Position numbers and translations under genes: made by a program | Assembly: GCA_001949185.1 (NCBI GenBank) | Contig: BDGG01000002.1 | Location: forward strand, 8,665,990-8,729,989 | DNA from: Ramazzottius varieornatus | Lineage: Eukaryota; Animalia; Tardigrada | Reading direction: 5' to 3' | DNA length: 64,000 nt | In this document: positions 25,701 to 39,863 of the stretch, one piece after another | Layout of the letters: each line of letters opens with the position of its first letter | Numbering within the stretch: position 1 is the first letter of the stretch | Notes under the pieces: model-generated | Told to the model about the DNA's origin: nothing | The model's input: the letters and a program-made list of their open reading frames with translations, nothing else | Database searches by the model: none

Positions 25701-26725
25701 TCGGAGACCCTAATCCCTTACTACTGTGTATACAGTATGATTCAGCCAAGTTGACCCTGTTTCGTAGAACCGTTCTCACTACTCGAAAGAATCTAAAACA
25801 GGGTCAGCGTTGTTTTTAAACGATAGTAAATTCGATTTGGTACTGAGCAAGCCTATTTTCAATCCTGGAAAGCGCTTTTGAAATTTTTGCTTAGGCCAGA
25901 AAGAAGTCTTGGTAGGCTAAAAAGGTGGTCGGACCCTAGATGGGCGCCCGGCTTCCGTGTAGCAGAAAATTAATTGAACATTTCTCTTCCACAATTCATA
26001 TGAATGACAGGCTATCAAAAGACTGATAAAAAATTGGCCTGTCAAGCACTGTATCTATCAGAGCAGTGAGAAATCGTGGGAGGAACGTGTCATCGAGAAA
26101 GTTGCGCTGGCCTGAAAACTTCTGGGAAGACTTTTCGGGCGACGTTTACTCCAGACAAAACAAGTTTTCATCAAGTGATCTTGATGTCGAAAAGTAGCCA
26201 AAACTTTACACCGTCGGTTTCGTGCAAGCGTTGTTCGAAAATTGGTGAACTGAAAAATATGGTCCATTTCAAATTTTGATTACCGCAGAGCGCGACGACT
26301 GCTTTTATGCGTTTTTAACCTTTCACTTGATAGATTATTCCGCAACCCGAAGGCATCAGAACTGCTCAACTCTAAGGGATCAGATACCAGAACAATGGGT
26401 CTATCCTTAATGAAAAAAGTACGCTTCTTCGTCGACAAGAAGGCTCGCGTTGACGCTTTTTCGAAAGGGGAAGAAATACCGGGAAAACCGAAAATCAGCA
26501 GTCTGCACGCCCCGGTTTATAACGAGTGTTTTGGATCCTCTTGCGGATTTAGTTTGGATTCTTTTTCTAAAGTCAGATTTCACTCGATTAGCTTTCGAGT
26601 TTGATTGAAACATAAGCAATGGTTTGCCGAATTTTTTGGAAAAACAAACCAGTTGAGTCAAAGTAACCGAAATTCTCCAGCGAAAGAGAACGGTCATGGG
26701 GTCAGCTTGGCTGAATCAGAGGGTA

Positions 26726-28276
26726 CACTGGGTCCCATAAGTATCTGTCCACCACTGGCGCAACCACAAAGTTCTCTTTTTCTCCCTTCGCGTCAACCCA
26801 AATCGATTCTAGCGTTCCTACGTGAATAGTAGAAACCTTCAGCAAGATTCCGGTCACAGTGAATTATAACTAGAGCTGACTGTCGTGGTGGTAAAACTCG
26901 GAGACCTAAAACGCGACACAAAACGTAAACCCGACTTTAGCAGACCGACTCCATGAAAACTAATTTCTCCCCAATCCCAAACTATTTTCGCCCTTAAAAC
27001 TTCACGGGTGTAGATTAATGCTGAGGGTATTAAAAGCAACAAGCAGTCAGCTGATTTCATTGTCTCAGAAATTCTCCTGAAATTGCTTCGAAATGGGTCG
27101 CAAGCTGAAGGAGTACAGCGACGATATCCGAAATCGTGTCATCAAGAAGCACCTCTATAAAGTTCCAGACAGGGAGATCGCTCGGCAGATGCTTCTTCCA
27201 CACTCCAGCGTCAACTTCATGATTACTGTAAGTAGTATAAGGAGACCGGCAGCGTCCAGAACAAACCTCGGTGTGGAAGAGAGCGAATCACTACCCCAAT
27301 GACGGACAGACTTATTGTCCAAAGAGTCTTGAAAGATCGACGCATATCTGCTCCAAAGATCAAAGAAGAGACCCAGCCGGGCTTATTGGTGTCGATCTCA
27401 AAGGAAACAGTTCGTCGCCGGATTCGGGAGAAAGGCCTGAACGGAAGAGTAGCTCGGAAGAAACCGCTCATTAAAGAGCATGCTCGACAAAAGCGTCTGG
27501 ACTTCGGCAAAAGGTACGGGGAAATGCCGGTTTCTTTCTGGGACAACGTCTTATGGTCGGACGAATCTAAGTTCAACTTGTTTGAAGCGGATGGGAAGGT
27601 TATGGTGCGGAGAAAGCCAAGTGAAGCTTACCGGCCGGAGTGCACGGTTCCGACGGTCAAGCATGGTGGTGGGAACGTCATGGTATGAGGTTGCTTTTCG
27701 TCCGCAGGTGTTTGAAATTTTGTTATTGTAAGGGGAAACATGGACAGGTTCCAGTACAGAGACATTCTGAAGGAAAATTTGAAGCAGTCGGCGAAGATAG
27801 GGAATTTGAAGCGTGGATGGCTGTTCCTGCACGATCATGATCGCAAACATGATTCGGTTCTTGTGAACGACTGGCTCAAGAAAAACCATCCAGAACTGCT
27901 GTTCTGGGCTCCGTACAGTCCGGACTTGAATCCCATAGAGCATTTGTGGGCAAAATTTGATTGGGGAGATGAAGGAGAACGACGGCTTTTCATCAAGCTA
28001 TTGAACGTTGAAAAGTGTGAGCAAAAGTTTGTCCGAACATTTTTTTACCGAAAAGGTAATGATGCGCAACAAATGATCATTTTCTACCGTCTCGTGTTAA
28101 AAAATTGCTTGCGAATTCAGTCTTAGATGGATCTTATCAATACTTGCATTAAATGAACGAGAAGTTCTCAAGCCTCATTTGGACTGTATGTGGTTCGGTT
28201 TTGAACGCTTAGGATGGAAGATATTTGCCGCGAAGTAAAGTTGAGAAGGGTGGACAGATACTTATGGGGCTCAGCG
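26726..28276 (+). mobile_element. Tc1-family DNA transposon (~1.55 kb), inactive
   Basis: 28-bp TIRs CACTGGGTCCCATAAGTATCTGTCCACC and (rc) CGCTGAGCCCCATAAGTATCTGTCCACC, flanked by TA on both sides, enclosing a transposase. Confidence 0.9.
27093..27955 (+). pseudogene. Tc1 DD34E transposase pseudogene
   Basis: HTH region, VARKKP, WSDESKF, TVKHGGGNVMV, FLHDHDRKH, WAPYSPDLNPIEHLW. Frameshift near 27225, TGA stops at ~27686 and ~27713, C-terminus missing. Confidence 0.92.
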
Positions 28277-29682
28277 TATATTCCTCGATCGACAAACCCC
28301 GGCATTTATACATAAAACCCCACAGGATGAAATCTCGCAGAAATTTTAATCGGGCTCGGTATGTGTCTCGGATTGAAACAATCCCGGAGATCCGTGCACT
28401 ATTCTCGGGAATCAAATGCTTGCGGAGACTCGCTTCAAGGATCCGTTTCTTTGTGCCTCATTTGAATATACAGTACTCACTGTGACTTATTTCAGTTGTC
28501 TGAGTTTTGAACTTTGTTTAAAACTTGACAGTTCGAAACATTGTTGTATAGGAAATGTCTACAGTCACCCGCTAAAACCTAAAACGACTACTGTCACTCA
28601 CCGTAATTAATCACTGAAACCCATTAGAACCCACTATTGTCACCCACCATAACCAGAAAATAATTATCGTTATGCAAACCCGGAAAGACTACGAGGTAAA
28701 ACTGGCGGACTTGTCCATATGAAATCGCTTGGCGAAGTTGTCCACAAGAGAAACGAAGAAGATGGGCGCAGCTCCTACTCTCTTAAGTGCAAACATCCTT
28801 TTTGTCTCTCGATCTACAGTAACTCAGTTTCCCACCACAGGTGGGAAGCCAAGAGTCAACTCCAACAATATTTTTGCTACATTCACTCTTCAAAACTCGG
28901 CAAATAAAACCAAGCATGATTCGGGTGCGGTGAGTGTCAACAGCTTTTGCTCTCTGGATTTTGGATTTTACTCCTACATTTCAGTCTATTCTCGCAACAA
29001 CTTTCTGTGACTTATTTTCGGTCGGGGTTGTTCCGCGATTGAACTCTCTCAGCTCTCACAAGGCAAAATTTGGTGTTTGGACTCGCGTCCAAGTTTCCGG
29101 CCGGATAAGATTTGGCAGCCAATGTTTCAAAAGAAAATTTGTTGGTACCTAATATTGTCAATCATTGTGACTGTCTCCCAGTTCTCTAGAGCAAGGGACG
29201 CAATTTGAGTGTCATGCATCAAGCCCGCATGCTACGCAAGTCTTGCTTTCGGTTTCGGTTCATGCTGGGAACTGCAGTGGAAACCACTTGGTTTCTGTGC
29301 TCGTACTGCAAAAGCCTACCGCTTCTCGAGCGTCGACAAAACGATTCTGCTTCAAAGATGGCGCTACAGTTTCAGCATGCAGCTCGTCGCAATCTTCAAT
29401 AAAGTTTATCACAATCCTCAATGAAGAACATACAGCGCAAGCTTAATATCTCCGTTCTTCATAGACAACAGTGACCATCGAAGCATAAAACTGAGCTCTC
29501 ATTTTTCTAGCCATCGGCGAGATGAAAGACAACCTGCTTTCCGAAGAAAGAAGATGAGCAAAGTTAAGTTGTTAAAAACAGACGAAGAAGCTTCAGCGCA
29601 GTCATGGAGTCAGAATGTGATTTTCCAGTCCGATCGCCGAAGCTGCAGACCAGTGTAGACTTGCTGTTCTACGAACTGTGGG

Positions 29683-31087
29683 ATGGAGCTTCATTCTCTC
29701 TGGAGAGGTGGGCTTTTCGTTACGGTGAGTTATCACCTTCATTTGGACTTACTGGGTGACAATAGTCTCACCCTAAAACTATGCCTAAACTGTCGTAATT
29801 TCAAGCATCTTACAGCTCCTTTTGCTCGAATTCTCTGAGTGCCTGAAAACTTGGAGTTCTACTTCTCTGGACGGAGGTCAGGCCGGTGCGATGGACTCAT
29901 CACAGGACAAGGTTGTGCCCGAGGATGTGCCCAAGGCCAGTCCTAGCCTGATCCTGATGGAAGGTGGTGCTTTGGTTCTGCAGATGCACCAGAACGGTAC
30001 CATGCAACTTTCAATGAGCAACACCACCGCCAAGCCGGCCGAAATTACCACCACGGCTGGGCACCTCTCGCTGGACGACCAGAACGTCCTCTACATGGTC
30101 AACAACACGAAATCCTCGACCGTCATACCTTTTGTCGCTACCACTCCTGGGCCTGCTACTACCACACCCTTGCTCCAAGTGATTGTGCAAGGCAACCATA
30201 GGGTCGAGCTGGAGCCAATAGACTTTCAGATGAACAGCACCAAGAACGCCACCACCAAAGTCAACGTTGTCATAACCGTTATCGTTACCGCGTAAGCCTT
30301 GAATGCCTCTGGTTCAGTTCTGGAAGGCTTTGTCACTGAGATTGTGCTACAACAGGGGATCGATACCGGTGTGGGCCATCAAGCGACGGAAGGAGACGTT
30401 AGGCTTACGAGCCGCTACCGGAGCTGTCACCAATGTCTCGCTATCCAATCTTCCTGCCGGTCAGGCCATTGTCATGCAGCAGCCGGGAACCACCACTGGA
30501 CTTCAGGTGATATTTAACGGCACTTACGATCCGCTGATCAACAAGGTACCGGTACCCCGCACCTTCTTCCTCGATCTTTGTGGAGCCTTGAGCGACGTAA
30601 GCCAATTGAAATTGTGCGCAAGTAATTTTGGGATACTGTGTAAAACTGATGCTGTACGGCTTTGAGCAGAAAGCCTTCATTCAAGTGGCGGTGTCGCAAC
30701 CTGTGGGGCAACAGTACTTTTGCGCCATGAACATTGCCTTCCCCTCGGCAGCCAGGGACAGCGAAGCCTACTGGACCGAGCCTTTACAGTGCAATTCGGA
30801 GTTGCAGGACGTGGAAGGCTGGAGTTTTCGGTAAGACCCTACCATAAATCTGTCACCCGGAACAATGCACTTTGTGGTTGTTGACGTGCTCAAATGGGTT
30901 GACGACTTGCCGTGTTACGAAATATTCATTTCACAGGTTATGGTACAAAGTTCGACAGGTGAGGGTAGCTTGGGCGTTGGCAACACGCAGAATTATCTCT
31001 GGTACATCGCCCTTCGTTTGCTTCTTTCCACAGTATAACATCAACTGGTCGCAATGCCAGCAGAATCGCCCCGTCTTCGCTAAATAG
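29683..31087 (+). CDS. Uncharacterised probably secreted glycoprotein, ~6 exons
   Basis: MELHSLWRGGLFVT|LLLLEFSEC signal-like start. Exons ~29683-29724, 29816-30291, 30355-30596, 30669-30830, 30937-30958 and 31034-31087 have GT-AG junctions. Thr-rich with many N-x-S/T sites, and a Cys-containing C-terminal part. Confidence 0.65.
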
Positions 31088-32172
31088 CAAGTCTGCCGGT
31101 GGGCCAACTAAGCACTCCACAGTCCACATTAGAAATCAACGAGCTGTTTGCTGTACTCGGAAGCGCAGTCTGTTGACGATGCCGCTGCTGTACTTACAAG
31201 CCCCCATTAATTTAGCCGCACTATCTAACACATCGGCTGGCTGGCTCTACCTTAAAAGCTGAAATTGTAGCTCTAAATCTAGGCATTTAGCTGGATCTGA
31301 GGAGCAGTGCTCAGTGTAAGCTGTTCCCCCACGTGCTGTTGTTGTTATTGAGTCATGGGTAGGCTGTCGCTCAAGGGCAAGTCGTTTGTTGAATTATAAA
31401 AAGCTGGGACCAGCAACCCAAGTGATCGAGCGTCTGCGAAACTGTGATGTTGCCTATATTTACTAAGTTCTTATCGGTTCTGTGCATTGCAAAGGACATG
31501 AAGCCGTACGGATATCCACAAGGCCATCCATAGTGCACACAGATCTTTGCCCACTGCCCACGGCCAAAAGACCTGACAGTTTCCTCCTGTGCAAGTTATT
31601 CCTTCCTATTCCTGTTGCAGCAGTATGCTGCTCCGCCGGGCTATCTAGGAGGACAACCCATATATATAAGCTGATCCGCAACAGCCGCAAGATACCCGTC
31701 GGTCCTCAGGTTGGATAGCTAGGTTTTTCTTGACCAGGCCGAAAGGCAGCGGCAACTATAAATATATCTGCAGTGTGTCACAGAGGTGCAGCTTACCATG
31801 GCCAACCGCGGCAGATCATGATACGCAACACTTCAAGGCGGAAGTTACGCGTGCTCCCATACGAAACGCTTACAGCTGTTTACGTTCCGTCATATCTTGA
31901 CTCACCAGGCGGACAACATGAAACGACGGACTTTGATCCTTACTAATATCGCTATATAAAGAGCAGATTGAAGAGCCGAATCGTCGTTTCAATTGTTTTC
32001 TTACAGGGTGTACCAACGGGTGATGTCCCGGCTGTTCCTTCAAACTATCAGACTGCTGTGCAGCATCGTCAACCACTGACCTAAGCCGTTCCAGACCTTC
32101 GGCTACGGCCAACCATATCCGACTGGCTCCACTTCCATAACGTATAATCATCTCTCCTCTCTTCCACAACAG

Positions 32173-33658
32173 CCGGTGTGCAACAGCAACCGATCTACCC
32201 AGCTCAACAACAGCCCCGTCCGTCAATCCAACAAGCGCAGCACAGCCAGCGGAGCAAGGACAGTCAGCTCCACAAGGCTACCGGCTACTCCCTGCCAGCA
32301 ATCATGCCTCCCTTCCCTTTTCTCAACGCTCCGGATATCCCAACACTTCGACCGATTCAGCCATTCGACCCCGAGTCCGACTGTAAGACTCTGAAGAAAG
32401 CAATGATGGGCATCGGTAAGTTCTTCGCCATTTGTTTGTCATTCCAAGCGCATCTCGACAACTGCGTTGGACACGTACAGGGACGGATGAGAAAGCCATC
32501 ATCGACGTGCTGGCTAGAAGAAGTATCGGCCAGCGACTTCATATCGCTAATATTTACAAGACGATGTTCGGCAAGGTAGGCATCATGCTGGTCCTTGTTT
32601 GCCTTCCTGCCGATCGTGATGACGGCTTTTGATCTGTAGGATTTGATAACGCAGCTAAAGTCGGAACTGTCTGGCAACTTTGAAGACGCTGTGGTGGCGC
32701 TGCTGACGCCGCCGGAAATCTACGACGCCATGACATCACGTACAGCCATGGCCGGTGCGGGCACCGACGAGGCCACCCTCATTGAAGTCATCTGCAGTCG
32801 CAGCAACGCCGAGCTGATGGCCCTAAAAGCTGCCTATAAATTCTGTACGTGCTTGCTTGCACAACTATAAACTAGCTGTAGTTCCAGCGCTGGACCATAC
32901 CTATATTTTCGATAGTTCATTTGATAATTGTAGTGTACAAGAAGGACCTAGAGAAGGACATCGAAGGCGACACCTCAGGCTTCTTCCGCAAACTCCTCCT
33001 GGCATGCTTAACGGTAAAGAAGTTAGTTTAGCCCAGGGGACTCTTTGCTCGCCAGATAAGCATGCTCAATCATATCTGAAATATAGGGTCAGCGTCAAGA
33101 GATGGCGCCTGTGGACGTCGGGCGCGCCCTTATCGACGCCAAAGCTTTGAACGAAGCCGGCCCGAAAAAGTGGGGCACTGACGAATACACCTTCATCTCA
33201 ATCTTCGCATTAAGAAGCCATCCGCAACTAAGGGAAACCTTTCAGCAGTTCCAAAAGCTAACGGGGAAAGACATGGAAGGCGTCGTTCGAAGTGAAATGA
33301 GCGGGGACCTCCAGGAGGCTTTCGTCGCCTTGGGTATGCATGTAGCTCGTCGTCCCATTACCATACTCATAGCGACGTTGTTCATTCAATGATATCGCCT
33401 TGGTTATGTTTCATGACAGTACAAGTCGTCACCAACAAGCACATGTACTTTGCCCAACGACTGCAGAGCTCGATGGCGGGAGCTGGCACCAAGGACATCC
33501 AGCTGATTCGATTGATTGTCACGCGCTGTGAGCGCGACTTGGAGAGCCTCAAGCACTCCTACAAGACCATGTTCAACCGGACGCTGGAACAAGCTATCGC
33601 CTCCGAATGTTCGGGAGACTACAAGCAGCTTCTTCTGGCGCTAGCGTCTCAGCACTGA
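32173..33658 (+). CDS. Annexin (A7/A11/B11-like, Gln/Pro-rich N-terminus); true start probably upstream (~31800-32020)
   Basis: Four repeats: [60 protein letters not shown]. Confidence 0.92.
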
Positions 33659-34285
33659 ATCTGATCTACACACTTTGCCTGACGAACTTTCACCTTCGTG
33701 ACAGGTTTTCCAGCGCTAGAGAAATTACTCCTAGCGTTAATGCGAATAAGTTGTCCATCTAGATCTAACATATAGTGGCCATGTGGACAAAAGGATGAAT
33801 TTTTATTTTCAGAAACTTTATTGGTCACCGTCGCGTTACATTGACAGTTCTTGTCAGCTTTTGACCGTTCGAAAGAGGCCACTGAACAATGAGAAATGAC
33901 GCATCAACTTCGAGCTGTGAAGAATATTCATTTTTATAAGTCATGAAATGCCACAAACCGGTTTTAGGAAAATATGTCGAGAAGAAAAGAACATTCGAAA
34001 GTTTCAGCGCTAGACGCCTTCTTATGCGGCTGTTGAGTAGTGAATGATGCTACTGTACAAAAAGATGGTCAAACGTACGTAATGTCAGGGGTAAACAAGA
34101 AAGTGCCGCTTCGACTGTCTTACAGCCGTAAAGTCTACAAAGCAAAGCTGACATTCTTCCAAGCCGACAAACCACTTTTCACATCTGTACGTGTGACCAT
34201 CCTTCCTTCCAAGGTACAAACTTGTAAGTATCCACGTAGTGCTTTGCTGGTCAATCACAATCTTCGTGAGTAATCCTGATCCACA

Positions 34286-36648
34286 ATGGCAACATATGTG
34301 CGAGAAGTGAAGCAGACGACCACGTCCAGATCAGGCCTTCCGCAAAGCCACCTTGCTTCCACCCGACACATCTTCGAAGACACTGCTCAGCGTCAGACCA
34401 GCCTCTCTCCCAGCTCCAGCTACACCAATGGACCACCCATCACCTACCACCGTATTTCTGTTGATCCATATGATCGTGACTGGGAACCCGCCATTTACGA
34501 GTAAGTTGTCTTGCTTAGTTCAAACGTCGGTATGTAGGTAACAGCAGACATGATTGCTTGCACAGGTATGAGCGATTCAACCCGGAAGAAGATGCCAAGG
34601 CTCTGCGAAAAGCCATGAAAGGAGCTGGTCAGTCGATATTTTTTATATAAGCCCACGCGGCCACGCGCGTGTTTGGATGCAGATTGAATATTAGCTTACA
34701 AGAGGATTACGCCAAGGGTATATCCCGATCATCGAACCGATCCAAGAGAAAGATGGAGGAGAGAGTCTTGCCCATAGTTTAAGCTATTAGACTAGTCTAA
34801 ATAGGAATTTTGGAAGATCCTGCTGGGAGCGCGACTTTCAGCTCCAAGTTGCTGCAGTGACGTAAGCTCTTTGATTGATAATTTTGATTCCCTGCGAACT
34901 CTTCGACAAGGATAATTTTGATTCCCTGCGAACGCTGTTTCGACAAGTTGAGACCAGATGGCGCGTCATCCTGCGCGCACAACGTGCTGTGGTGAATCGT
35001 TCCGTGGCTGGCTGTCGAAACAGCTGATCGGGTGAATAGTTCGCAGCCAATCAGAATTATCAATCAAAGAGCTTCGCGTCACTGCAGCAGCTTGGAGTTG
35101 GTAGTCGCGCATCCCTCAGAATCTTCAATGATTCATTAATATACTGGGACTAGTTTGATAACTCAAACTGTGCGCAAGACTCTCCTCTTTCTCTCTGTCG
35201 GGTCGGTTCGACCATCAGGATATGCCCCTTGGCGTTATCTCCTTGTTAGCAGACCGGCGATCTTTTCTTACCTTGTGAGTGCAGGTACCGATGAGAAGGC
35301 CATCATCAATATTCTGGCCAAACGCTCTAACCGCCAACGGCAACAAATAGCCAAAGCCTACCGTGCCACGCAAGACCGGGTATATATGCCTTCCTTCCTC
35401 TCACCAATTTTCAGTGCCACTTGATACTGGATGACACTTTCCGGCCTTTACAGGACCTCGTCAAAGACCTAAAGTCAGAGTTGAGTGGTACTCTGGAAGA
35501 TGTACGTAAAAATGACACTTTCTTCTGGAGAATCATACTCACTCTGATTTGTCAGCAAGGCAAGCAAACAAGAATTACATCCTTGCTGCAGGTGATTTTG
35601 GGCTTGATGCAGCCACCGGAAGTGTACGATGCCCACACTATCCATAAAGCCGTTGCGGTAACCTTTGTTCGACCTCTTCATTTTGGACTTGTCGAAGGGG
35701 AAAAAAGGTTCATAAGGGGCCCTTGCCGTGTTTCAGGGCGTGGGCACCGACGAACAGACCCTGATCGAAGTGCTGGGTTCGCGAACAGCCGAAGAGCTCA
35801 GCTGGATCAAGCAAGCTTATCTGAGCGAATTCAAGACTGACTTGAGCAAAGATATTGCCGGCGACACCTCTGGCTTCTTCCGCAAACTTTTGTTGGCCAA
35901 GATCGATAGCGTAAGTAACGCTTCCCCCGATCATGTCCAGAAAAGGGCATGCATGACGTGCTTTTGCCATAGAGCGAAAGGATGGCCGCGGACCCGAATC
36001 GCGGAGAGATTTACCCAAAGCAAGCCTACCACGAGGCACAGGCTTTGTGGGAAAATGGGCCCAAGAAATGGCAGAACAACGAAGCCTTTTTCATTCCCAT
36101 CTTTACCGAACGCAGCGAAGAGCACTTGAGACAACTCTTCCAGGACTACAAGGCCATCGGTCGGATCGACATTGAGAAGGATATTGAAAAGGAGCTGAGC
36201 GGCGATGTGCGAGCCCTTCTGCTGGCCTTTGGTACGTCGCAAAATCGGCCACCGACGCTTTTTTCAATAGTAAATTCCACCAGTCTATTTCAGTGCGTGT
36301 TTGCCGTAATCGCCCTGCGTATTTCGCGGAGCGTCTCAAGAATAATCTAAACTCCAAGACGGCCACCAGAGTCATCGTTTCTCGAGCTGAGAAGGACCTC
36401 AACTCCATCAAACAGGTACGACCACCATCGTTACTCGTTGTGACATGCCAAATCTGCTGTCTTTTGCTTTCAGGAGTATCAAAGAATGTACGGGAAACCT
36501 TTGGAACTCGACATCTCGGTAACTCAAGAGTATCTTCCCTCAAATGTCTTGTTCCCTTTCCATGACTCTCACTGCCTTGCAGGAGCACTTTTCCGGCGAT
36601 GCCAAACGTGTCCTACTCGCCATTCTGGCCTCCAGAAACGCCCCTTAA
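34286..36648 (+). CDS. Second, divergent annexin (tandem paralogue), ~10 exons
   Basis: FNPEEDAKALRKAMKGA|[74 protein letters not shown]. Confidence 0.9.
34791..35154. mobile_element. MITE with long (~110 bp) TIRs in an annexin intron
   Basis: GCGCGACTTTCAGCTCCAAGTTGCTGCAGTGACGTAAGCTCTTTGATTGATAATT is mirrored at ~35053-35110. ACTAGT at both ends; internal 23-bp direct repeat GATAATTTTGATTCCCTGCGAAC. Confidence 0.8.
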
Positions 36649-37009
36649 CCTCTTTACAAGTCGACTCAAACTCTACTCGAATCCTTCGAACTTTGTTTTT
36701 TCGTCGTAATCACTCTTGAAAAACCAAGGAAAAGGCATTTGACAAAGCCGCCAAAAAAACATTGAAAACTCTCCTGTCCATCCACATTTCATTACATTGT
36801 AGCCATCGTCAACTCGAAAGTGAAGAGTGACGGCGAAATTACAAAACAAACTTGCTCTAGGTTCAGGTTAAAAAATCTCACAGGAAACTTCGAATGCAAA
36901 GACGAAACATAAATAGCCTCTGAGCGTTACATCAAATGAAAAGAAGACGTCTTTCGTGAAAAGCAAGCATTAGCTACGAAAAAGGTAGCCCCCACCAGAG
37001 GGATTGTCA

Positions 37010-39863
37010 TCAGCGCACCGGGGGAGCAGGAGCGGTCGGTCGTGTCGTTGCACTGCGCGTCTTGGCAGACGGGTATGTCTTGGTCAAACCTGAGAAAGGC
37101 ATCGGCGGCGGAAGCTCACTGATGGGGTGAAAGCTAAACTTGGCTTCGAACTCTACAAGGACAGCAAGCAAGCTATGGATAACGAACAAAGTACCTTCGC
37201 AAGTTCGACCAACTAGCCCGAAACGAGTGTGACGCACGTTTCCAGCTTTTCTGGCTTCAACGTGCGCCACTGGGGTGAACGATCTTGTCCAGCTTGATTC
37301 TTTCCCAAATGGCGCAAGTCTGCCGTACCACAGGCTGGAAAGGTGCGTCGCGTGGACAAGATTGCTGCACAATCTTATGCCAGCAGATGATGGCCACTAG
37401 GGAATTCCCCTTACAGACCTTGTCAGCCGTCTGGTCTTACCTTGCGCCAGCGTCATTTTGGGTTGCTGTCGTGGTGGTTGGGGCGCAGGAAAATTCTTCT
37501 GTAGGGGGACCTGTCGAAGCGTGTGGTCCATCTGTTGTTGGAGCAACACGTTCTGCAGGCTGTCGTGTCTCTTTGGCGGTCCGGGACGTTGAGCGGAAGC
37601 AGGCGAGCCGGGTAGCGAATGGACGGAGGTGCTGTGGGGAAGTGTGGCAGGTGGCGGCGGTGGAGGAGCAGCAGCGCCAGCGGCTCGGTGAGGCGCGTGA
37701 TGGACGGTCGGTGCCCGCATGGCTTGCTGCTTTGTATGCACACCGACGGCGACTGTCACGGGTTGCGAAGGAGAGGCGGCATGGCTGGGGGGAAGGCTAG
37801 CGGGTGGCGGTGGCGGTGGCGGTGGCGGAGGAGGTGGTGGCTGTGTAGCGGGTCGCGTCTCATTGCTCTTGCGGAAGGAGGGAGGACGACCGGGGACGGG
37901 TGGTGGCGTCGGCGGACTGCCGTTGAGCCTGCCGCTAAACAAAGCCGTGGAATACACATCAAGTTGCAGAGATGAGGGCAGTTGGCGCAGTCAAGTTACC
38001 TGTTGGTGATTTCGGCCGGTAAGGAGGGTCGCTGATGCTTGACGGGTCGTGGCATGGTCTGGCTGATGTTCCGGCTGGGAGGCGGGTTGCTGGGCAGCGG
38101 TGGCGGCGGATGTTTGGGCTTTTGCGGCGGCGCCGTGTGCATTTTAGGTGCGATGGACGGTCTGTCCGTCGTGCTCTGGATGCGGACGGTGGCCGAGCCG
38201 CTGCTAATGTGCTGGAAGGGGCCGTTGGGGGCAAAGGCGGCCGGCTTGGGTGTCAGCAGGGGCTTGTCGGCCTCGATGGAGCGACGCTGCAGCTGCAGGT
38301 TGGCCGGCTTGGGCGGTGGCGCCACCGGCTTGATGGAAGTAGTGGAGGCGGAATGGGACAGCGGGGCAGTGGGCGCCGCCGCGGGAGGAGAAAGCTTGGG
38401 CTGCGAAGGCACGACGGCGGTAGGAGGACTGCCTCGCCCAAGGGCCGTGCTGTTGCTGCTCATGCCACAAGGAGCCTCGTCGCTGGGGCTTCCTGTCAAA
38501 AGGATACATCAGAGGTTAGTCATCAGGTCGCCTTCACTGATTAATGAAGTGTGCGTCACTGTACAATGACATGAGTCTAGATGACCAAAGAGATCCAGGG
38601 CTGAAATCATGGATATGACTCTCACGAAAACAAATGCCCTGATACTCCGAAGATAGTTTCATGGTAGAGTCAAGGCCCACTTTTCATGTACAGAGAAGAA
38701 TAAAACGGTTACTAGAAAAATTGCAAAGTCTGGAAAAAAAGCTGAAGGTTCCTGAAAGTTACGTATCGCCAAGTTGCTGTTTACTGAGGGTGGTACTTTT
38801 ATTGGCGTGATGTCGACCGTTATATTTAAGGAGAAAACAGCCGATGGCACCTTTTTCCACTTGACGTAAGCCAGTGCGTTTTAAGGTGGGCATGCCATTG
38901 GCAAAAAGTCCACCGAGTGCCGCTTGTGGTGACATGGAGGAAGACTGTGTGGCGCCGCCATTTTCCGGACGAGGACGATTGGGTCCGCTGCCGGACGACA
39001 GTGATGCATCAGATGATGAGGCAGATGGGCCAGCAGCACCTAAAAAGCCAGAGAATGGCGGTAAAGCATGTCAACAAACAAGCACGTCAAGTGTAACAAG
39101 CAAGGCATAACATAACCAGCTTCTGACAAATTCGACGGACGCACCTCGACGCCGTTAAATATCTCAACCGTAACGCATCACTTTTAATGCTCTGTTATGC
39201 TACAAAATACGTGTCCGCAATGACGATCACCTTATGCGGAAAAAGCTTGCGTCAAAAAGTTTCCGACAAGAAAAAGAGAGCGCACACGATGAAACATTAT
39301 CCGTGAACGGTTCTCTCAATCAAGCACTCAATCAAGTCGCGCAACACGATTACAGGGGTCACGTGGTACGGCAAATTATGAGGTGATCCACGTGGCCAGA
39401 AGTCAATCAAGTTTAGCTAATCAACTGGATGAAAGTTTGAAGTTTTCCATTGCTTAGTATTTGTTTACACTGGTATCACGCGCACACACAATGCGCCCAG
39501 TGAACAAACACTCTTTTTCACTCCAAAAACCGATAAGCCGTAAGCTAAATATGGAGCAGTTGTTGGGTAGGGCGAAGGAGAAACCAGGAACCTGGCAGGC
39601 TTGGAAAATAGGCTGACCTAAGCAGCAGGAAAAGAGTGAGGTGATCAATTGATCAAGGCGCATCACGTACCTGCAACCAAAGGCGAACTGCGATCTCGAA
39701 TTTCGCTCCGGTCGACCTTCTTGAGCCTGGCACCTTTCCGGATATCTCCGAGGACGGCTGAACGATCAACGGTAGCAGGAGGTGGCTTAGCTGCTTGAGA
39801 GGTGAAAGCAGGCGCAGGTGGTGGTCCAGGTCCGGGAGGTGGACGCGGCGGCGGAGGAGGCAT
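37010..39863 (-). CDS. WIPF: WASP-interacting protein / verprolin homologue
   Basis: MPPPPP start, WH2 domain (RSAVLGDIRKGARLKKV), long Pro-rich body, C-terminal WASP-binding motif EFEAKFSFHPISELPPP..KTYPS. Confidence 0.88.

Noticed and set aside
37285-38569. Long plus-strand Gly/Arg-rich ORFs
   Set aside because: They are antisense shadows of the Pro-rich WIP exons.
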